DNA of 57,407 nucleotides, counting the filler, from Basidiobolus ranarum (lineage: Eukaryota): NCBI GenBank assembly GCA_040143965.1. It is 5 parts of 5 records of this genome, joined end to end, with 100 filler letters (N's around TTAATTAATTAA, not from the genome) between each part and the next. Parts side by side here need not be neighbours in the genome. Positions count along the whole stretch, not along the records: positions 46,023 to 57,407 come from JASJQH010000618.1; 4 more parts are not named here. One strand, given 5' to 3'. The position numbers and the translations under genes are program-made. The notes beneath the pieces were generated by a model. The model was not told where the DNA came from and made no database searches. It was given only the letters and a program-made list of their open reading frames with translations. Shown here in pieces: positions 50,912 through 57,407 of this stretch. How positions within the stretch are numbered: the first letter of the stretch is position 1; every line of letters starts with the position of its first letter.

Positions 50912-51456
50912 CAAGATATCAATGTTTTTCACCGAATTACATTATCACTGTCCTTTTCTAACATATTTCATTCACTCATGTATATTCCTTATATTGGTTC
51001 ATGGTTTATTATCCAAGGTCAAACAACTGTACCCACTCTGTTAATATATCTTTCTGATTCCCTTAGCACTCCATTAAAAAGGGTGATGCAAAATCAAGAA
51101 TAAGCGTAAAGAGTAAATAAGCTTCTTTTATTGTGCAATCGATATACTGAGATGATTGTTTACTCAGCAATCTTATCAAGTCCATCATATATTGAATAAA
51201 AAAAAGTGAATCGATAAACAACGTTAGTAGTGTGACTGCTATACTTTGATTGGTTAAATGGGCTTTTTGCCAAAAAAAGTGTTGGCTATAGAGTACAGCA
51301 GGTTTGGTGAGTAGCATCGATGTTATATAGGCAGTTTGCGCCCTGATAATGTGATTTTTTGCAATGGCTTACACTGGAGAGGATAAGAAATTTTGATATC
51401 AGTTACAATCTTGATTGAACTTTGATATCTTATCACGATTCTTAGTAAGTTATTTA
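50912..51456 (+). pseudogene. 3' piece of the duplicate pseudogene plus copied downstream flank
   Basis: Matches ~47461-47850 (AAGATATCAATG.., CACTCATGTATATTCC, CTGTACCCACTCTGTTAATATATCTTTCTGATTC, CTTATCACGA.TCTT.GTAAGTTATTTA). Confidence 0.88.
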
Positions 51457-51608
51457 GAGTACGTATCATTGTGTATCATTAAACCACTCAAGCTTTATCT
51501 TTTTTTTTGAGACAAAGTACTACTCAAGTATTCACCAAAGTCTCGGTTTATTTGATATTTAAAAAGCGTACCTTTTACATAAATAATTCAATAACCAAGT
51601 CGAAGTGA

Positions 51609-54600
51609 ATGAGTACTTGGAACGATGTTCGACAAGAAGTTAGGGCTTTTAGAGCCTCAATTTCCCCACCTTGTCTATGCATCATGAAAGATTTCGTGTT
51701 TGATGACGCGAATAATACTTTATTATTTATTGGTACCGATCCAACGAAACATTTCCAAACCACCTCTTTATTCGTTGTGGATCTACCACCTGAACCTATG
51801 CAAACCATATCTACCGAACCAGATCAACCCAATTCTGACTCAGGTAAAGGGGGGGGGGTTCTTGAACATAGGAAGATTTCACATATTCTCTAACCAAGGT
51901 TTCTTTTAAACTTTAGTGGTTCCTATAATCGATTGGAAGCCACTACTAACAGAAGCTTGGATGCGGGATAAACCGTTGGAAAATTTATCCAAAGCGGAAA
52001 TCCTTCATAAAGAGAGACAAAGACTCGCACTAGAGGGTATTACCTCGTTTTCTTTCGAGCCAAAGACCCGTCGTATCATGTTCCCCTATTCCAATAATAT
52101 ATACGTCGCAACGGTGGGCTTGGTTAGTATATGAGCGTTCCTATCTTTTACAAAATTAATTATTCAGTGGAGTTCTTATTGATTATTAAAGTAACTCTAA
52201 TCAACGTTTTTTGATACATAGGATAAAGGCTGTCAACCTTTGCAAGTAAAATCGGATATCAGTAAAGGCCCCAGATTAGATCCTAAGCTTGGTGGTCGTC
52301 GTCACGACCTCATTGCTTTTGTCAGAGACCGAGACCTTTGGATATCTACCCTCGATGGTGAAGAGATACAATTAACATATTGTAGTCAAAGTGATGATAC
52401 TACCATATCTTGTGGCATGCCAGAATTCATTATACAAGTAAGATAGTTTTCGATAACGTGTAGAGATTTCACCAGATAGCAAGTGGATCCAAATTAAATT
52501 GGGGTTTCTTAAAGGAAGAATTCGAAAGATATACTGGTTACTTCTGGGCACCCGAGGCTACCAAGTGTAAGGACAATCTGGAGCGGATTTTGTACTTACA
52601 GGTAAGTGAATCAATGGTTAGCACAATCTGTATGCTTCACGGAGCCGATGTGGAGGCTCATCGGTACCCTCGTTGTGGTAAGGGCTTTTCTCTCCATGGA
52701 TTTTAATCTTGGCTGAAGTAGCTCACATCTAGTTTTATCTAGGAACTGAGAATGCTATGTGTGATATGCAAATAGTGGAGTTCTCTTCACCTAGCGATAA
52801 ATCGGTAGGTACCACAGTGATGTTCCAGTTACGATTTATAAATATATTGACTTTTCTTGAGGGTAAATAGGGAGGTCAATGCTCTATAATTCATAAGCGT
52901 TTATGGGGCTCAGCTACCCTCAAGGAGATGTTCCCTTGGATGGAATACGTAGTTCGCTTCGGTTGGATTCCCAATGGAAAGGCGTAAGTTGAAATCAAAT
53001 AGATCTCTTCGACAATCAAATCATTTAACAATCATGGTTGAACAGTGTTTGGGCTCAGCTGATGGATCGCAAACAACAGAAAACTGTAGTAGTCAAAATC
53101 CCACTAAAGAATTTCGCCACCATGTATGAATACAATGGCAACCCTAATTACGAACAGTGTAAAGATAACGTGGAGATTTTGTATCATGAGGAATCCGAAA
53201 GTTGGATCAATGTATGTAGACCTCTAAACGATGTAACTTCAGTTCGGGTTATTGATATTATCGTAGTATTGCTTCATCTATCATTTCATAGAAACACAAA
53301 ATGAAGATTTCACCGAATTCATTTGGTGTAGCGAACGAACTGGTTACCGACATCTTTACCTGGTTCGGAAATTCAAATCATCCCAATGGTTCCTTAAGCC
53401 ACTTACAGTTGGTGAGTGGGTTGTTGCTGATGTACCCATCTGGATAGATACCGTTAGAAAGCTGGTCTATTTTGTTGGGAAACGAGATACACCTTTAGAA
53501 AATCATTTGTATGTTGCTTCCATGGCTGAGGATGCTGACCCTGACAACATTGTTAGATTAACTCCCTTGGGATTTTTCCACAACATCCAAATGAATCCTT
53601 CATGTACTCGCTTTGTATCCTGGTACTCGAACATTAAGGAAGCACCAAGCACCGCAATATACGAGCTATACTGGGAGGACGGGTCTATCTTTCCAAAAAC
53701 GACACTATCTGCACACGTTCATCCCCTTGGTGTGGTTGATAAGAGCCTTCCAGTTGGTGAATTCTTTTCCTTCGAAAACAAGCAAGGTTCGTTCAATGTT
53801 GTATTGGTTTCTCTAGTTGATGCTGATGATGTAGCGATCTTCTCAAGGTGATACCATCTATGGATGTTTCTATAAGCCGGATAACTACGTTCAGGGCAAA
53901 AAGTATCCTACCGTTCTGTATGTATATGGTGGACCTAAAGGACAGGTATAGTGGTTCGATTACACAATTCCCCCGATCTCCTTATCCTAACATCTTGTAG
54001 GCTGTTACAAATGACTATAAATGCCCACGGTTTCTTCCGATGTTCCTAGCCATCCGAATGGGCTTTGCGGTAGTGATGATTGATGGGCGTGGATCTTCTG
54101 ACAGAGGTCTTGCTTTTGAATCACAAATTCGATGGAAGTTGGGTACTGTTGAGTTAGAAGATCAGGCTGGTGGTATCAAATATTTACTAGAGCATAGACA
54201 ACACGACCTTGGCGGAGTTATAGACAAAAACAAGGTTGCCATTACTGGGTGGTCATATGGTAATATCCAATAGTCATGGCTTAACCCTAACATCTGCGCG
54301 GGAGTACTAAAACAACTTGTTTATGTAGGTGGATACATCTCCTTACTTGCTTTGGCTCATTATCCCGATATCTTCAAGATTTCCATTCCTGGAGCACCCG
54401 TTACCCACTGGAAATTATACGACACCGCATATTCTGAGCGATACATGGGACTGCTAGAGGAGAATGCGGAAGGCTATCGTAAGGCGTCTGTTCTCAGCTA
54501 CATCGACAAATTCCCAGATGAGTAAGTACCTGTTCCCTTGGAATGAGCAGAAATGTGAGTAGAAAGCAAAACTAACATCCATTCTAGTGAACATCGACTG

Positions 54601-54792
54601 CTGTTAATTCATGGGTTAATTGATGAGAATGTACACTTCACCCATACCGAATTGCTTGTAAACGCATTGATCCGCGCTAACAAGCCTCATCAACTACAAG
54701 TATATCCTTATGAGCGACATGGCCTTCGACACCCTTCATCCACCGAACATTTCGATACCATGATGTTTCATTGGTTGAGAAACTATCTATAA
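51609..54792 (+). CDS. Cytosolic dipeptidyl peptidase DPP8/DPP9-like (S9B), many introns
   Basis: ERQRL..GITSF, EFIIQEEF.RYTGYFW, VYGGP, IDGRGS, GWSYGG nucleophile split by an intron, LIHGLIDENVHF, YPYERHG; no signal peptide. Confidence 0.92.
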
Positions 54793-55623
54793 ATCATTGT
54801 CTATAAAGATTAACTGAAAACATCTATCAATCCAGTCCAATCCAATTCATTCCATTCTATTTCGGAGTGTTCTGTAACTAATTAGTGTGAATCAATCTCC
54901 ATGTTATAATTAGATTGCCACTTGAGATCATGACCGTTACTTAATGTATCAATCCAGTTATCGGGTCACACCAAGACACACCTCCCCCTTAAATAATGCC
55001 TCTCGCACATCAATTGGTACTGGATTTGTCTGGAATTATGTTATGAGATCTTTAACCTGATAAGAAATGAGTAGACAGCACATAAGGTGTAAAACAAGAA
55101 GAAATCTTGCTGTGAATTGTGGATAAGAGTAGGGATTGACGTGATTTCGCCAACTGCATTTCACACCAACTCAGTCATATAGTTACACGCGATTCACACA
55201 CTAAGAAAGGGAAACTAGAGCTGATCCAAGATGTACAGGAGTCCAATGTTACACTGAACGTCTAGGGTTTCAAAGAAATTAACCCAACAACTTCTCCCAA
55301 AGAATCGTGTGCATTCCAATCACTGGGATTTTGCATTCTGTCTCACGCGTCTTTTGGTATTCATGTGACGACGTCGTACCTCGGGAATATTACACACAAG
55401 TTGTTTTGAATCCCGTGAATAGGTGAGTGAGGAAATACCAGGAATGTTGATGGGGGATAGGACCCAAAGTAGCGTGGATCGGCACTATGCTAATGAGCAG
55501 TACCTGGGCACGATGAGTAGTTCCCGATTAACAAGAGAAGGTTTGGTATAAATGGACTGACTTGAAGGTGATTAGTATCATAAACCATTGCTTTAACCTT
55601 TGTCTAGTTCTATTCTGCTGGCC

Positions 55624-56727
55624 ATGAAGTATTCCATTTGCCTTTTGGGACTCATTTCTTTAGTGGAAGCGGGGATATTTCGAATCCCCTTGACCCGTTT
55701 TGAATCGGATGCAGAAACCGTAGCTCGAGCCATCAGAAACAATACTGAGGGAGTCTTTAGCAGTGCTAGCTCCAAAAATATTCCGCTACAGAATGAGAAC
55801 GATCTTTCTTACTATGGAGAGATCACCATCGGTACTCCACCCCAGAAATTCACGGTGATTTTGGATACTGGAAGTGCTGATCTTTGGATTCCTTCTGCAT
55901 CCTGCCAAGGGGTTGCCTGCTTGAATCATAATCGCTACAAGGCATCTGCATCCAAAACTCACAAAGCCATCGGAAAGAATTTCACTACCCAGTATGGTGA
56001 CTATGTAGTAAGCGGTACCATCTCTCAAGATGTGGTCAATATTGGAGGTCTAAAGATTCCTCAACAACGCTTTGGCCAAGCTACCGTTGAAGATGATGGC
56101 TTCGAGTATATCGTAGCTGATGGAATGCTGGGACTTGGATTTCAAGGATTAAGTAAGACAAAGCAACCACCGTTGTTCTACAACATTGCCAAAGACAAGT
56201 CCATAAGCGATCCGGTATTCGCTTTCTGGCTCGGTAAATATCCATTAGGTGGAGAGCTTACTATTGGTGGAGTGGATCCAGCTCGCTTTGCTGGTACCAT
56301 AAAGTACAGCCCAGTAGTTCGTCAGGAATATTGGGAAATCAAGGTCAACGGTCTTACCATTGGTGATAAAAATGTTCCACTTAGCGTCAAGACTGCTGCT
56401 GTTGATACTGGAACTACCTTGATCAACCTCCCCACTAAGGAGGCCATTGAATTGCATAGCTTCATTGGTGCACAGTACACTGATGATGGCAAATTCATCC
56501 TTGCTTGCGATAAGCAATATCCTATCATTAACTTTAATTTCAATGGAATTAACTTCCCACTTGTTCCCGATGACTATGTTATTCGCGGTGATGGCTTTTG
56601 TATCTCGGGCTTCCGCGCAGTTGACTACGACAGACCCGTTATAATCTTGGGTGAACCTTTCTTGCGTAGATACTACTCTGTCTTTGACTTCGGTAAGAAG
56701 AGAGTCGGATTTGCTCCTTCCAAGTAA
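55624..56727 (+). CDS. Secreted pepsin-like aspartic protease (A1)
   Basis: Signal peptide MKYSICLLGLISLVEA; YYGEITIGTPPQ, LDTGSADLW, VDTGTT, ILG.PFLRRYYSVFD. Confidence 0.96.
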   Translation: MKYSICLLGLISLVEAGIFRIPLTRFESDAETVARAIRNNTEGVFSSASSKNIPLQNENDLSYYGEITIGTPPQKFTVILDTGSADLWIPSASCQGVACLNHNRYKASASKTHKAIGKNFTTQYGDYVVSGTISQDVVNIGGLKIPQQRFGQATVEDDGFEYIVADGMLGLGFQGLSKTKQPPLFYNIAKDKSISDPVFAFWLGKYPLGGELTIGGVDPARFAGTIKYSPVVRQEYWEIKVNGLTIGDKNVPLSVKTAAVDTGTTLINLPTKEAIELHSFIGAQYTDDGKFILACDKQYPIINFNFNGINFPLVPDDYVIRGDGFCISGFRAVDYDRPVIILGEPFLRRYYSVFDFGKKRVGFAPSK

Positions 56728-56837
56728 ATGAAATCTTGAATAAAATATCTTGTGTTACAACATCAATATTGAAATCAGGGGAACTGTGTATAAAAGTAAG
56801 CCTCAACTACCGAAACTTATTTCTCTCCTCAGTAGCC

Positions 56838-57101
56838 ATGTCCACCTCGAACAGAGAGTCTTCCCCTACTTCTTCTGACTCTGGTAGTATTGATGTTAGA
56901 GAGTACTTCAGTCAATATGATCGTATCCCCATCTTAATTACTAAGAGATCCTATGGGTTTATTTGGAATGAAGAGGTCTTTTCTTCTCGTTCTTCTTTCC
57001 TCTATCACAAGTTAAGCAGTAGAACACATCAACGACACCAAGATGAAACTCAGGTGCATGAAATTCGTCTAGCTGACCAAGAGAGTATTCTTCCCTTTTA
57101 A
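56838..57101 (+). CDS. Small conserved-looking hypothetical protein (87 aa)
   Basis: ATG in GCCATG context; S.GF.WNEE.F and V.EI.L motifs look like those of a small fungal protein family. Confidence 0.5.
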   Translation: MSTSNRESSPTSSDSGSIDVREYFSQYDRIPILITKRSYGFIWNEEVFSSRSSFLYHKLSSRTHQRHQDETQVHEIRLADQESILPF

Positions 57102-57407
57102 GGTGTCAACTTCTTCTGATTTCACAAGCTTCCAAGTCATACTCTTCTCTCTTTATTATGTGAGAATAAAGTCACCCAATGTATATATTTGTATCAGGGG
57201 ATATTTTAGTGCAGTCGTGTACCAAATAATCATCTCTCTCACTGGAATCACTACGGAAATCAGATGTATGTGACTTGCAAGAAACGAATCTGGCTTGATT
57301 GGCCATAAGTAGCTTGAGGGTGGTAAATGATTTCATAGCACGTGCTAGGATGGTTTAATCCAAAGACAATAAAATGACGAACAAAAGGTGAACCATAATA
57401 ACGACTG

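Overview
Intron-containing fungal DNA; gene content and style suggest an early-diverging (zygomycete-grade, possibly Basidiobolus-like) fungus, but that taxon call is inference. The window is not one locus. It is five contigs of descending length (11417, 11412, 11400, 11393, 11385 bp) joined by 100-nt N spacers carrying a TTAATTAATTAA all-frame-stop linker, so neighbourhoods across the gaps mean nothing. Recognisable genes: DUF2236/MpaB-like oxygenase, WrbA/Pst2 flavodoxin, subtilisin, M14 carboxypeptidase (partial), tandem CCCH zinc finger, PP1 inhibitor-2, an atypical kinase, a 7TM protein, URC4 (partial), a concentrative nucleoside transporter, RTA1-like protein, ERG13, GFA1 (partial), a DPP8/9-like peptidase and a pepsin. 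Several orphan secreted proteins are also present. The most interesting non-genic signals are three. (1) A TG..CA solo-LTR-like family with 5-bp target-site duplications occurs about six times on three contigs; one copy carries a decayed tRNA-Ala(AGC). (2) A ~2.9-kb compositionally distinct segment (intact small ORF plus decayed multi-HMG-box gene) is inserted into a duplicated pseudogene copy of a membrane-protein gene. (3) Repeats and pseudogenes show strong CpG/C-to-T decay. An intronless two-domain secreted orphan (15263-16093) is a candidate toxin/effector.
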